Part shown: in pieces, positions 7,441 to 16,836 of the stretch | How the letters are laid out: every line of letters begins with the position of its first letter | How positions within the stretch are numbered: position 1 is the first letter of the stretch | Translations under genes and position numbers: made by a program | The notes under the pieces: model-generated | The model's database searches: none | What the model was told of the DNA's origin: nothing | What the model saw: only the letters and a program-made list of their open reading frames with translations | From: a virus | Lineage: Duplodnaviria > Heunggongvirae > Uroviricota > Caudoviricetes | IMG/VR virus record: IMGVR_UViG_3300035099_000022 | Location: 15,620-79,619 of that record | Length of the DNA stretch: 64,000 bases | Direction: 5' to 3' (one strand)

Positions 7441-10146
7441 TTACATCATCTCCTTGGCACGGATTTTCACGGGTGTGGCTCCGCTTTTCTTTTCGGCCCA
7501 GTTGGCCATTGCCTCATACCAAGTCATGCCGATTAACGGCACCTGCGGGCGGAAAGATTCTACTGTTTCGCGCACCACCTGCGTGATGCTTGGAACCAAA
7601 GCAGGGTTAGCCACGCACATTAACTCATCGTGGACGTTCAGGACAGCGATTTGCAGCGGATTGACGCCCACGGGCTGCAAATCCCACAACCGCCGTTGAA
7701 CTCGTTTCGTTATCTGGGCACCTGGTGACTGGATTTCGTGATTCGCCGCTGCCCGCATGTTGGCGGCTTGCATCTGGAAGGCTGCGCCATACAAGGCACT
7801 GGCAACGGCACCGCCGGCCGTCTGCACGCGATCCCGGCGAACCACTTTGATTTTGCATCGACGCCAGTGCATTGGGATGTTGTGGGCCAAATCGAATAGA
7901 GCCTTGCAGATTGTGTTTTCCAGCGTGAAGTATCGTTTGAATCCAAGGAAGGTGATGGCGTAATCCGCCGGGTCTTCCCAAATGACCACTGAGCCAAGGC
8001 CACCTGGTTGCTTCATGGAGCAAAAGGCATCAAACGTCTTCTGCCGAGCCTTGAAGACGCCGGGATAGTCGGAGCAGAACTTGTTGTAGGCTGTTTCGGC
8101 CCGTTCTTTCGTGACACTGAGCTTTGTGACGAGCGTGTCAGAGTTGCCACCATAAATCATGGCGAACACGCCCCGTTTCCCCTTGTCATACCAGTCATTA
8201 TCAGTCCCCTGGCTGGCAATCACGGCCTCATACGACAAGCCGCCAGACAAAGCGGTGCCGAACAGAGCGTGAATCTTCTGCGGTGCTCGGCCAGTTGCTT
8301 CGCAATCAGCACATGGTACAAGCTGCTTTGTTTTCTTGTCTTTAACCTTGGCGGTGCCACAACATTTAGGGCAGGGCCCCTTTGTCATCAGGGCTTTGCG
8401 CAAAGCTGGATCGTTGTAGACGGCATCGGCCAGCGTGACCTCAAATGAATCAAAGTCGCCGCCACATAGAACCATTCCCTCCCAAGCCAGCGGGAACATT
8501 CGCCGCACCTCCTTGGTGTGCTTTATTCCCTGTGGATTCAAGCCATCTGCACCAGCCATGCGAGAGGACAACGCCCCGATCACTATGAAGCTGGCGTGAA
8601 ACTTGCCGGCCAACAGCAACTTGGAGTACAATTCCACTTCTTTGGCGGCAAACTTCACGTTCAGAACGGTTTTGGCACGGATAGCTGCTGGATGTTTGCC
8701 AGGCTGAAGGAAACCTGTGCCACCGCAGCGGGCGCAATCTGGCTTGCCTTGACAGAAACAAGGCTCCGGTTTACCAATGTAGCCGACCCCGCCGCAAACC
8801 ATGCACGTCTGCTCAGGGTCCACCGGGCAGGCTGTGCAGGGTGTGCCGATGGCCCAGTCCAGAATGGCTTCAAGGTTCGATTTTCTCGTAGACTCTTCAA
8901 GGACGAGGGCTTCTACTCGGTCCATCGCGGCGGTGATGTAGGCTCGAACCTCATTTGGCTTATTGATGTTGACTGGGCTGTTTGCGACGACGGCCTGGGC
9001 CTTTGCCATGAGGGCTTTGATTCCTTCACGATTGATTGTGAACCCATGCCAGCGGACGACTGCCACCATACACGCCAGTGTGGAATCATCATCCCCTGGT
9101 TCGGGGGAGTCAAAGTATTTGTCTAAAGCCCGCGTGTAAACGATGTCATCGTTAGCGTATTCACGAGCATCTGTTTTGGTTGCCCAATGTTCAATGTGCT
9201 TGCGAATCACACCGGGCCAAGCGATTCCCAGCAACTTGCAATTGGGATCGGTCTTCGGGGCTGGAATCTCCCCGTCATGTTCATCCGCCAGCATGGTTTC
9301 TGCATCATTGATCGGTTCCTCGGGCAGCACAGGTGGCTCAGGTGGCACAGGTGGCTCAGGTGGCTCCGGCGGCATGGGCTTACCCTTCTTGATACCCCAA
9401 ACCTCCCAATTCTTTTCAAGCGACGAAACGGCCAGCGCCGTGGGTGCATAACCCAACTCGTAAGGCCGCCAAGCCGCCGGCGGTTCTACGTCCTTATAGT
9501 GATACTTGGGTTTGTAGCCCAAGGCATGTTCAGCCAGGAACTTGAGGCCGCCTGCCGGATTGAAACGAAGCACAACATCCTTGAAGTCGGTATCAGTGTC
9601 GCCCCACGTGTCTTTACGGTCGAAAACCTGCCATTTGGGTGCTTCCGGGTCCGCGGACTTGGCGAAGTAAATGTTGTCTAAGTGAATACGGCGCTCCAAT
9701 TCTTCCGCCAGTGCATAAGCCAATGCGGTCGGCACCCGCTTGATGCGGATGTCATCCCGCGCCATGAGGGATTGAAAGGGGCCTTTGCGGGAATGAAGCA
9801 TGAGGTCAAGAGCGGCAGCCGGCTTGACGGCTGGACCATCTTGCCCTTGTGGCTCTAACAGAGCGATCTCATCGATATGTTCCTCGGGAATCCAATCCGG
9901 GTTGCATAGCCGGAAGATTGTGTAGATTTTGCAGACGTGAAACCAATCGAAGGCCAGATTGAAGCCCACGACCGTATGTTGGCAAATCCATTCGATGAGT
10001 GCCAGCGTCTCGCGGATGGGCCGCCGCCAAACCTCATAAAGGACAATGGGACCGTCTTCCTCGGCGTACTGCAACAGCACCATCATGCTGTGCAGCCCGC
10101 AGGTCTCGGTGTCCAAAAAGAGCTTAGGCGGATGGTCACTCATCAA
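7441..10146 (-). CDS. DNA polymerase, family A, with 3'-5' proofreading exonuclease domain
   Basis: Exo I motif LFLDTETCGL at the N-terminus. Motif B-like KRGVFAMIYGG and motif C VLNVHDELMCV at the C-terminus. A Pro-rich linker (PPEPPEPPVPPEPPVLPEEP) separates the domains. TTG start. Confidence 0.85.
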   Translation of the reverse strand: MMSDHPPKLFLDTETCGLHSMMVLLQYAEEDGPIVLYEVWRRPIRETLALIEWICQHTVVGFNLAFDWFHVCKIYTIFRLCNPDWIPEEHIDEIALLEPQGQDGPAVKPAAALDLMLHSRKGPFQSLMARDDIRIKRVPTALAYALAEELERRIHLDNIYFAKSADPEAPKWQVFDRKDTWGDTDTDFKDVVLRFNPAGGLKFLAEHALGYKPKYHYKDVEPPAAWRPYELGYAPTALAVSSLEKNWEVWGIKKGKPMPPEPPEPPVPPEPPVLPEEPINDAETMLADEHDGEIPAPKTDPNCKLLGIAWPGVIRKHIEHWATKTDAREYANDDIVYTRALDKYFDSPEPGDDDSTLACMVAVVRWHGFTINREGIKALMAKAQAVVANSPVNINKPNEVRAYITAAMDRVEALVLEESTRKSNLEAILDWAIGTPCTACPVDPEQTCMVCGGVGYIGKPEPCFCQGKPDCARCGGTGFLQPGKHPAAIRAKTVLNVKFAAKEVELYSKLLLAGKFHASFIVIGALSSRMAGADGLNPQGIKHTKEVRRMFPLAWEGMVLCGGDFDSFEVTLADAVYNDPALRKALMTKGPCPKCCGTAKVKDKKTKQLVPCADCEATGRAPQKIHALFGTALSGGLSYEAVIASQGTDNDWYDKGKRGVFAMIYGGNSDTLVTKLSVTKERAETAYNKFCSDYPGVFKARQKTFDAFCSMKQPGGLGSVVIWEDPADYAITFLGFKRYFTLENTICKALFDLAHNIPMHWRRCKIKVVRRDRVQTAGGAVASALYGAAFQMQAANMRAAANHEIQSPGAQITKRVQRRLWDLQPVGVNPLQIAVLNVHDELMCVANPALVPSITQVVRETVESFRPQVPLIGMTWYEAMANWAEKKSGATPVKIRAKEMM
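9331..9366. repeat. 9-bp tandem repeat AGGTGGC(T/A)C x4 inside the polymerase linker
   Basis: Read directly. Confidence 0.85.
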
Positions 10147-10152
10147 AACACG

Positions 10153-10533
10153 TCAAAACACGTCAAAGTGCCAACGCTTGCCATCTGGACGAATGCCGTT
10201 TACACTTGCAGACAGGATGGGCTGCGTTTGCAGAAATCCGTTGTGGAAGCGCAGGATTATGGCCCACCCCCTCTGAATGGCATTCAGCCTGATGCTGGGG
10301 TCATCCCACCGGACACTGTACATGAACTGGCCTACGGCCCCGTGTCGTAAGACTTCATTATTCGAGGAGACCTCGATGATACCCTGTTCGGGGTGTTGTA
10401 CGATGAATTCGTACATGTCCGTCTCTCCTTCCAAAAGCAAGACGGTCCCCGGTTTGAGGGATTTGATGTAGATGGCCGGCGACAGCGATTCAGCCGAAGC
10501 GATGGATGGCGTCAGTTGGTCATCTTCATTCAT
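10153..10533 (-). CDS. Hypothetical protein
   Basis: 126-aa ORF between the polymerase and ParB-like gene. No recognisable motif. Confidence 0.3.
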   Translation of the reverse strand: MNEDDQLTPSIASAESLSPAIYIKSLKPGTVLLLEGETDMYEFIVQHPEQGIIEVSSNNEVLRHGAVGQFMYSVRWDDPSIRLNAIQRGWAIILRFHNGFLQTQPILSASVNGIRPDGKRWHFDVF

Positions 10534-10540
10534 TGCCTAT

Positions 10541-10598
10541 CCTCACTCATCCTCACTCATCCTCACTCATCCTCACTCATCCTCACTCATCCTCACTC
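10541..10598. repeat. 10-bp tandem repeat CCTCACTCAT x5.8
   Basis: Read directly. Overlaps the last codons and stop of the ParB-like gene. Confidence 0.9.
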
Positions 10599-11419
10599 GC
10601 TCTTACTACCATTTCGTCTTTGGGCAAAGTTTTTGGCGTGGCAGCTTCGATTTCTTTTGCAATTTCTTCATCGTCGATATTGCCTGCACACCACGCACCG
10701 ACGCGCGGAGCAAGACCGTCGATGCCGGCGAGAAGCATCCGTTCAACCAGGGCATTGATTTCATCGCGGGTGCGAACTCTGGATTTCTTATACTTGCGTT
10801 CCAATCCGGGAAGTCGGTGGCGACCTCCGCGCTTGTGGGCCTCAGCAATTTTCGTTGTGGCCAACAATTGATCCTCTGGCTTATCTATGCCGGCAAGTGT
10901 GTCAATGTTTGTTGCTGATAAGAGGCCAGCGGCAGCTTTCTGCTGGATGTGCAACGGCATCCTTAATAGCCGCAACCGGACGTGGACCCAGTGCGTATTT
11001 TGCTTCAACTCCTTAGCGGCCTGCCGCAATGTTACACCGTGTGGGTACAGTCGCTCTAAAGCACGAGCTTCTTCCATGATGTTTAAGTCTTTTCGTTGAA
11101 GGTTTTCCAACACATTCAACAGGCGGGCCTCATGATCCGTCAAGTCATTGACAATAACAGCCGGAATAGTCGTGGCCTTGAGGAAAACCGTCATGGCCTT
11201 ATAGCGACGATGCCCCGCGATTAGGCGATAATCGTAGCCCGGCTGCGCTGTCCACGGTTGAACGGTCACAGGATAAATCAACCGCCCTATGTCCTTGATA
11301 CTTTCCGCCAGCTCACTCACCGATTGCAACGTGAACTCGCCACGGCAGTTAAAATCAGGATCATAATAGATGCGGTCAACCGGCAGCGCATATACGGCAT
11401 ATTGCTCCAGTGGCTTCAT
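10583..11419 (-). CDS. ParB-like nuclease domain protein
   Basis: LIAGHRRYKA motif (ParB box GxRR). Start moved to the internal Met MKPLEQYA..., which gives an ATGA start/stop overlap with the upstream metallophosphoesterase. Confidence 0.7.
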   Translation of the reverse strand: MKPLEQYAVYALPVDRIYYDPDFNCRGEFTLQSVSELAESIKDIGRLIYPVTVQPWTAQPGYDYRLIAGHRRYKAMTVFLKATTIPAVIVNDLTDHEARLLNVLENLQRKDLNIMEEARALERLYPHGVTLRQAAKELKQNTHWVHVRLRLLRMPLHIQQKAAAGLLSATNIDTLAGIDKPEDQLLATTKIAEAHKRGGRHRLPGLERKYKKSRVRTRDEINALVERMLLAGIDGLAPRVGAWCAGNIDDEEIAKEIEAATPKTLPKDEMVVRASEDE

Positions 11420-12243
11420 CGCAAAAGGTGCTCGAACGCAAGAGCCCGCTTGCCAGGCAGCCATTCCCACAAACTTGCCTGCCCGTCCTCGTCGATACGG
11501 ACGAAAGTGTCGTTGGTCCGCGCCCAACTGCCCGTGTTGAAGTGGTAGTCGCCGATAGTCCCCGGCTCATGCGTGTGACCGTAGACCACCGCGTCGGCCT
11601 CGGCCTCCTTGCGCCACCCTTCCACGCCATCGATTATTTCATTCAACCGACCACGCTGAAACGTCAGCATCCGCCAGAGGGTCAAAGCTCCTTCTAGCGT
11701 GCCAACAAACTGGTCTTCCACGGCATGATGATGGCGGTCGAATGGTCCCCGGTTACGATCTTCCAACAGCCCAGAAATGATCGCGGTAATCTCCCCGATG
11801 CCGGGGTTGGCATCTCCGCAATATGGATCAGATTCATGGCCGTGGAGAAAGGCGAATCGCCTGCCGCCAATAATCGCTTCAAAGGCCCGTGACATGGCAG
11901 GCATCTCAAGACCCTGCAACTTGATCTCGCTGCCGATGAAATGGATCAAGGCATTGTCGTGATTACCGACAACCCACAAGGCCCCCAACGGCCCCACGTG
12001 CGTCAGGCGAGCCAACAAGTCCTGATAGACACGAATCGACCGACTCAGGTTTACTTGCCACCAGTCGAACAAGTCCCCGAGGATATAAAGGTGGCCGCCT
12101 TCGGCCTCCACAAAATCCAGAAACTCATGAAAGCGGGCCTCCCGACCCTCCACCGCGAAGTTATCCCTGAATCCTCGATCCCCGAGGTGCAGATCAGAAA
12201 CACAGAAGATAGGCATGGTTGTCTCCCAACAAATGCGGCTCAC
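11416..12243 (-). CDS. Metallophosphoesterase (calcineurin-like)
   Basis: Motifs in canonical order: SDLHLGD (DxH), ILGDLFDWW (GDxxD), VVGNHDNAL (GNHD/E). Confidence 0.75.
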   Translation of the reverse strand: MSRICWETTMPIFCVSDLHLGDRGFRDNFAVEGREARFHEFLDFVEAEGGHLYILGDLFDWWQVNLSRSIRVYQDLLARLTHVGPLGALWVVGNHDNALIHFIGSEIKLQGLEMPAMSRAFEAIIGGRRFAFLHGHESDPYCGDANPGIGEITAIISGLLEDRNRGPFDRHHHAVEDQFVGTLEGALTLWRMLTFQRGRLNEIIDGVEGWRKEAEADAVVYGHTHEPGTIGDYHFNTGSWARTNDTFVRIDEDGQASLWEWLPGKRALAFEHLLR

Positions 12244-12626
12244 ACCTCGTCACCGTCGATATCACCCCAACCATTCGTATCTGGATCGGGATTGTCGTTG
12301 GGATCGGGGTCATCTAAATCGTCCCAGCCGTCCTCGTCATCGGAGTCTTCGCCGTACTCGTCGTCATCGTATTCGTCATCGTATTCGTCATCGTATTCGT
12401 CATCGTATTCGTCTTCCTCATCCTCATCCTCATCCTCATCCTCATCCTCCTTGGAGTCATCTTCGTAGTCATCCTCGAATACGTCGTCATCCTCAAACAC
12501 ATCCTCGAAGTTGTCGTCACGATCCCCGGGCAATTCAGGTTGCAGCAAATCAGTCATGGGTTTTTCCTCGTAAAAAGGTAAAATGGGCGGGCGTTTTGTC
12601 TTTCTCACTGAGGGTTGCCCGCACAT
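12240..12626 (-). CDS. Highly acidic protein (Asp/Glu/Tyr repeats); candidate DNA mimic / anti-restriction protein
   Basis: 128 aa, more than half Asp/Glu, with repeats EDEDEDEDEEDEYDDEYDDEYDDEYDDDEY. The underlying DNA has 12-bp and 6-bp tandem repeats. Confidence 0.55.
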   Translation of the reverse strand: MCGQPSVRKTKRPPILPFYEEKPMTDLLQPELPGDRDDNFEDVFEDDDVFEDDYEDDSKEDEDEDEDEDEEDEYDDEYDDEYDDEYDDDEYGEDSDDEDGWDDLDDPDPNDNPDPDTNGWGDIDGDEV

Positions 12627-12672
12627 CCTCAGATCAGTCGGGCGCTACCCGACATCACACCCGTGAATCAGT

Positions 12673-12786
12673 CACGTAACAGTCATCGTAACAGCACCGT
12701 AACAGTCACCGTAACGTTGTAGAAATCAGGCAAAATCCATTCAGGCAAAATCCATTCAGGCAGAATCCATTCAGGCAGAGTCCACA
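12673..12786. repeat. Iteron-like array: 4 x CGTAACAG (11-12 bp spacing) followed by 4 x 15-bp CAGGCA(A/G)A(A/G)TCCATT
   Basis: Read directly in the 12627-12770 intergenic region upstream of the acidic-protein gene. Confidence 0.85.
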
Positions 12787-13022
12787 TACTTGCCGTCTGT
12801 GTAGTGATGCCAAAGATGGAAAAGGGTTTTTGATACGTCCCACGTTGAGTATATGAAAACTACCGGCTCGTCGAAAGCAAAGAGCCGATTATAGGCAACG
12901 CCGGCCACGTCAATGTGCGACGAAGGCACTTGCAAGATGCGCTCTTGCCCGTCAATGGGACCGCCGATGAAGAATGCTTTACTCATGCCACTCTCGCCAC
13001 TCTCGTCACGTTCACCCTTCAT
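12771..13022 (-). CDS. Hypothetical small protein
   Basis: 83-aa ORF. No family recognised. Confidence 0.3.
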   Translation of the reverse strand: MKGERDESGESGMSKAFFIGGPIDGQERILQVPSSHIDVAGVAYNRLFAFDEPVVFIYSTWDVSKTLFHLWHHYTDGKYVDSA

Positions 13023-13225
13023 GCCGGTGTGTTTGTGAAGTCAAAAACCAAGGTGTCATTCTTGTGCAGGTCCAAATCTTCCTCGATAACGACACGGGCC
13101 ACCATGCCACCCGCCGGTTTGCGGCCGAGCACGTAGTAGAGATGAATGGTCTCGGGTTGCTTACCTTCCCGGATGTGAAGGAGATGAAGTTTCATGCGCG
13201 ATTCGTTTACACGCGACTCAGACAT
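13019..13225 (-). CDS. Hypothetical small protein
   Basis: 68-aa ORF whose stop/start overlaps its neighbour. Confidence 0.3.
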   Translation of the reverse strand: MSESRVNESRMKLHLLHIREGKQPETIHLYYVLGRKPAGGMVARVVIEEDLDLHKNDTLVFDFTNTPA

Positions 13226-13419
13226 TCAATGATACCCTCCACGTCAAAGTGTAATTCGTCACCCGTCACCAAGACGATTTGCCCCGGCGGAAAAACGATG
13301 CGGCAAGTGCCGTCCCTGCTCCGCTGAATCATCGACTCTTTGACGGGCCAGATAGCGATACATTCACCATCGCGCCAGTGCTCAATTGTTCGACGGTCAA
13401 GCGGCTTGGTCATTGGTGT

Positions 13420-13451
13420 CCTCGCAGCCTCGCAGCCTCGCAGCCTCGCGG
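13420..13451. repeat. 8-bp tandem repeat CCTCGCAG x4
   Basis: Read directly. Confidence 0.85.
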
Positions 13452-13453
13452 CC

Positions 13454-13645
13454 TTAAAGATGCACAGGTTTCCCAGTGCGGCGAGCAATGGCAAGGGCCT
13501 GTTTGATCGCCCGCTTCTTAGCGGCCTTGCGGCTTGCTGCATTGCCGGGCGTGTAAACATACTTGGCACCTGTCGCGCCGTACTGAAACGCTGGTTTACC
13601 GTTTTTTGTAGTGCGGTGAAGTGGCATGATGCAAACGCTCTGCAA
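13454..13645 (-). CDS. Hypothetical small basic protein
   Basis: 63 aa, Lys/Arg-rich (AASRKAAKKRAIKQALAIARRTGKP). Overlaps the MTase stop region. Confidence 0.3.
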   Translation of the reverse strand: MQSVCIMPLHRTTKNGKPAFQYGATGAKYVYTPGNAASRKAAKKRAIKQALAIARRTGKPVHL

Positions 13646-14435
13646 TCAGGGTACAATAATTCGGGTTCAGTTCTATGCCAACTGCTTTTCGATCGGCCTG
13701 GGCTGCTGTCGCCAAAGTGGTACCGCTGCCGGCGAAAGGGTCAAGTACCAAGTCGCCAGGGCGACTGCCAGCAAGGATGCAAGGTTCAATCAACTGGGGC
13801 GGAAATGCTGCCGGATGTTCTTTGTCTGATTTCGTGGGCACCGTCCACACACTGGTCCGCCGGTCTTTCGGAAGCACAAAGCTGTAGCGGGCGGACTTGC
13901 TGAGCAGGAATAGATACTCATGTGACCTGTGAGGCCGATCTTTAACACGTTCAGGGATGGGATTAGGTTTTTGCCAGATAACGTCTCCGCGCAGATACCA
14001 GCCGTCCTGCTGCAAGGCGAGGGCGACTCGCCACGGAATTCCGATCAAATCCTTTGGCTTTAGGGTCTTGCAGGTTAATCCATATCCTTTAGGCAACACC
14101 GGCAAAAACTCATGACGCCGCCGATCTACTTTGCTCTTTAGCCGACCGCGGTTGCCGTTATAGGCATTGTAGGCGTCGCCAAGATTAAGCCAGAGAACAC
14201 CATCTCGCTGTAACACTCGCCGGGTTTCATGAAACACATCAACCAACGTGGCGATATAGTTCTCCAATGTCTCCTCCAAGCCGATTTGCCCCTTGGTCCT
14301 ATAGTCTCGTAGACCCCAATAGGGAGGCGACGTGACGCAGCACGCAAAGCTCTCTTCGGCAAGGCTCGCGAGTACCGTGCGACAATCGCCTTGATACAAG
14401 GTGACGCATTCGTCTTGGAAGTAAGGTATAATCAT
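13596..14435 (-). CDS. DNA amino-methyltransferase (N6-A/N4-C, beta class)
   Basis: SPPY motif IV in CVTSPPYWGLRDY. C-terminal motif I LVLDPFAGSGTT. Confidence 0.85.
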   Translation of the reverse strand: MIIPYFQDECVTLYQGDCRTVLASLAEESFACCVTSPPYWGLRDYRTKGQIGLEETLENYIATLVDVFHETRRVLQRDGVLWLNLGDAYNAYNGNRGRLKSKVDRRRHEFLPVLPKGYGLTCKTLKPKDLIGIPWRVALALQQDGWYLRGDVIWQKPNPIPERVKDRPHRSHEYLFLLSKSARYSFVLPKDRRTSVWTVPTKSDKEHPAAFPPQLIEPCILAGSRPGDLVLDPFAGSGTTLATAAQADRKAVGIELNPNYCTLIAERLHHATSPHYKKR

Positions 14436-15748
14436 TGCAGCAGTGGCCCCACGTCACGGCCGCCATCAATCAAATAACGTGTGGGACCGTGCTTTTCAGC
14501 GTCACTTCGCAGCTTGACATTCATGCGCCAAGTAATGCCATACTTCGAGTTGACCCCGTGAAGCCATTGACACGGTTCTCGATATCCACTGAGGCTGTTG
14601 TAGGCAAAGGCATCGGTGCCGATCCATGAACCGTTAATCAGTAACTCACCGTCTACGTCGGACAGGACGCTGGCCGCGTGATGATGACCGACACAAAAAT
14701 AACGGCAGCGCTGGGCATCAGCCGCCGCGCCCAGAGCAATCAAGCCCTTTTGTCGGCGAACCATTCCATACCAGGGAATACCCAAATTGGAGCGAACATC
14801 ATCTCCGTGTGCCACATTGAAGCCAACGCCATTGATGTTGACATTAGCGCTCCAGGCATCAGGAATCTGGAAATGGACGTTTGACATTTCCCGACAATGA
14901 AGACGCGCTACCTCAGCAATCAGGTAATCGAAATTGTCATGCGCACCGCCGTAGTCTTTCTTAGGCGTCCGCCGGCCATGGTTGCCTGACAGGTAGAGGA
15001 CGTTCACCTGCTCGAAGTATGGAGCCAAGTCACGATACATCAAAGCGTGAAGCTGCCCAATAGCCAAGCAGTTGCGAAACTGATTGCGATAGTAAGACCG
15101 CTCACACGCTTTGTGGATTTCGCCACTGGTGAAATCACCGTAAGCAAGCACCCACAACACAGGGAAATAGAATTTGGGCGCGAGTGTATCTTGCGTCCAC
15201 TCAATCACAGTGTTGACGTATCGTTCAGCCCGACAACAAGAGACGGGAAAGTTGTAGTCTTCCAGCGCGCCGACCTCTTCGGGCCGCACAACTTGGTCAT
15301 GGTGGCCGTCCGACAAATGCATGACGCAGTGTTCAACAATTTGAGCCTTGCGGCGGTACTCAAAGACCGGCGGCAGTGCCGTAAACGGCTTGATTCGCTG
15401 ATCCATTTCCGCCACAATTGCCTTGAACAAGCCAGCAATCTTGGCACCAGCCTTGACCTTTTGCCGCTCCCGGTTCCGTTCCTCCGTCAAATGGATAATC
15501 TCGGCCTCCAGCTCCAAGATTCGCTTGTCAGTCGGGTCATAGTCCAGAACCGGCTTATGCTGTCCACCAGCACGCTTCGGCGTCGGCTTGCCCGCTGGCC
15601 AGGGAACATCCTTATGAACCCGCCCTGTGGCAATGTCTGAAACAATAGAGCGGCTGACGCCGAAGAGTTTCGCCACGTTGGGCTGTGACATACCTTCAGC
15701 CAAGTTTGCTTTGAGTTCCATCACTCTCTGTTTACTGAGCTTTCGCAT
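14432..15748 (-). CDS. HTH-domain protein fused to a metallophosphoesterase domain
   Basis: N-terminal HTH (QPNVAKLFGVSRSIVSDI), then a coiled-coil segment. The C-terminal half carries GDFTSG, LSGNHGRR, VAHGDD and CVGHHH phosphoesterase-like motifs. Confidence 0.5.
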   Translation of the reverse strand: MRKLSKQRVMELKANLAEGMSQPNVAKLFGVSRSIVSDIATGRVHKDVPWPAGKPTPKRAGGQHKPVLDYDPTDKRILELEAEIIHLTEERNRERQKVKAGAKIAGLFKAIVAEMDQRIKPFTALPPVFEYRRKAQIVEHCVMHLSDGHHDQVVRPEEVGALEDYNFPVSCCRAERYVNTVIEWTQDTLAPKFYFPVLWVLAYGDFTSGEIHKACERSYYRNQFRNCLAIGQLHALMYRDLAPYFEQVNVLYLSGNHGRRTPKKDYGGAHDNFDYLIAEVARLHCREMSNVHFQIPDAWSANVNINGVGFNVAHGDDVRSNLGIPWYGMVRRQKGLIALGAAADAQRCRYFCVGHHHAASVLSDVDGELLINGSWIGTDAFAYNSLSGYREPCQWLHGVNSKYGITWRMNVKLRSDAEKHGPTRYLIDGGRDVGPLLQ

Positions 15749-15825
15749 TGTTGTCCTTCTGATTAGTTAAATGTTCAGGCCCGCCTTCTTGAAATTGTGT
15801 TTCCAACTATTCGGTCAGCTTATTG

Positions 15826-16836
15826 CTAACTCTGCAAAGCAGCCCACAAAGAGCAGAACGCATACGCTGCCGCCAAAGGAACCACGCCGTTGCCGAGAAG
15901 TCGAAGCCAGTCCGCCCGGACATCGGCCACCCCATCAGCCATGAGACGAAACGAGGATTGAGTCGGGGCAAATGTGTCGTCGATGTCAAGCACTCGTTGC
16001 CATGCATCAATCTCGTCGGGGCCAGGTGGAAACAGTGGCAGACATAGTTCGCTAGTTGTTGCCCCCGTTTCACCTTGTTCCGCCGTTGCTGAGAATCTAT
16101 GCTGTTTGGAGTCCGAAAATCGCGTGCAGTCGGTGTTGGCCAGAGCCGATGCCATGCAATTGCTTGCTGCTTGAGGCCGTATTGCATCAGTCGGCCAGTC
16201 TGCGGGTCGTGGTTGCAACCTACCACGCGCAAGAGGCGGGATGCCGAGCATCCGGCGTGTTCGCGTGTGGTGGGTGTTCGCCAGTGCGAGGATAAACAAT
16301 CGCTCACGGATGTGGCTAGCACCTGCTTCTTCCGCGCTAAACAGGCCCGCCGCAATCTTGTAACCCAAGTCTTCAAGGTCTTCGGCAACCTCGTTGAATC
16401 CGAGGCTGAGGTGACCGGACACGTTCTCGAAAAAACACACTGTTGGTTCCACTTCGCTAACGACACGAGCGACGTGAGGCCACAAGTAGCGAGAATCTTC
16501 TTTTCCATGTCGCCGACCGGCCTTGCTGAACGGCTGACAAGGGTATCCCGCAGTGATGCAATCCACGACTCCACGCCACGGCTTGCCATCAAAGGTTCGT
16601 AAATCCGTCCACACAGGCGCGGGAGCCAAGCAACCCGCCTCCATCGCCGTCGCCAAGTAATCGATGGCGAAAGCCTCGCACTCCACGTAACAGATTGTGC
16701 GAGTGTTCCCCACAGCCAACTCGATGCCGAGGTCGAGGCCGGCACCGCCGGAGCATAAGGAAAGGATGTTGGCAGTATCCACATCGTTTACACGCTCGGT
16801 GCCTCGCAGCATTGATTGGTGGCAACTACCTCGCAA
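15826..16836 (-). CDS. DNA (cytosine-5)-methyltransferase (Dcm-type)
   Basis: Motif I LSLCSGGAGLDLG. Motif IV GYPCQPFSKAG (PCQ). Motif VI FFENV. The start may be the internal Met. The 49-nt overlap with the upstream MTase is uncertain. Confidence 0.9.
   Translation of the reverse strand: MRGSCHQSMLRGTERVNDVDTANILSLCSGGAGLDLGIELAVGNTRTICYVECEAFAIDYLATAMEAGCLAPAPVWTDLRTFDGKPWRGVVDCITAGYPCQPFSKAGRRHGKEDSRYLWPHVARVVSEVEPTVCFFENVSGHLSLGFNEVAEDLEDLGYKIAAGLFSAEEAGASHIRERLFILALANTHHTRTRRMLGIPPLARGRLQPRPADWPTDAIRPQAASNCMASALANTDCTRFSDSKQHRFSATAEQGETGATTSELCLPLFPPGPDEIDAWQRVLDIDDTFAPTQSSFRLMADGVADVRADWLRLLGNGVVPLAAAYAFCSLWAALQS

Noticed and set aside
15807-16784. Alternative-frame ORF overlapping the Dcm methyltransferase
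   Set aside because: The overlapping frame 15826..16836 carries the canonical C5-MTase motifs (FxGxG, PCQ, ENV). The other frame is Arg/Ser/Trp-rich shadow sequence.
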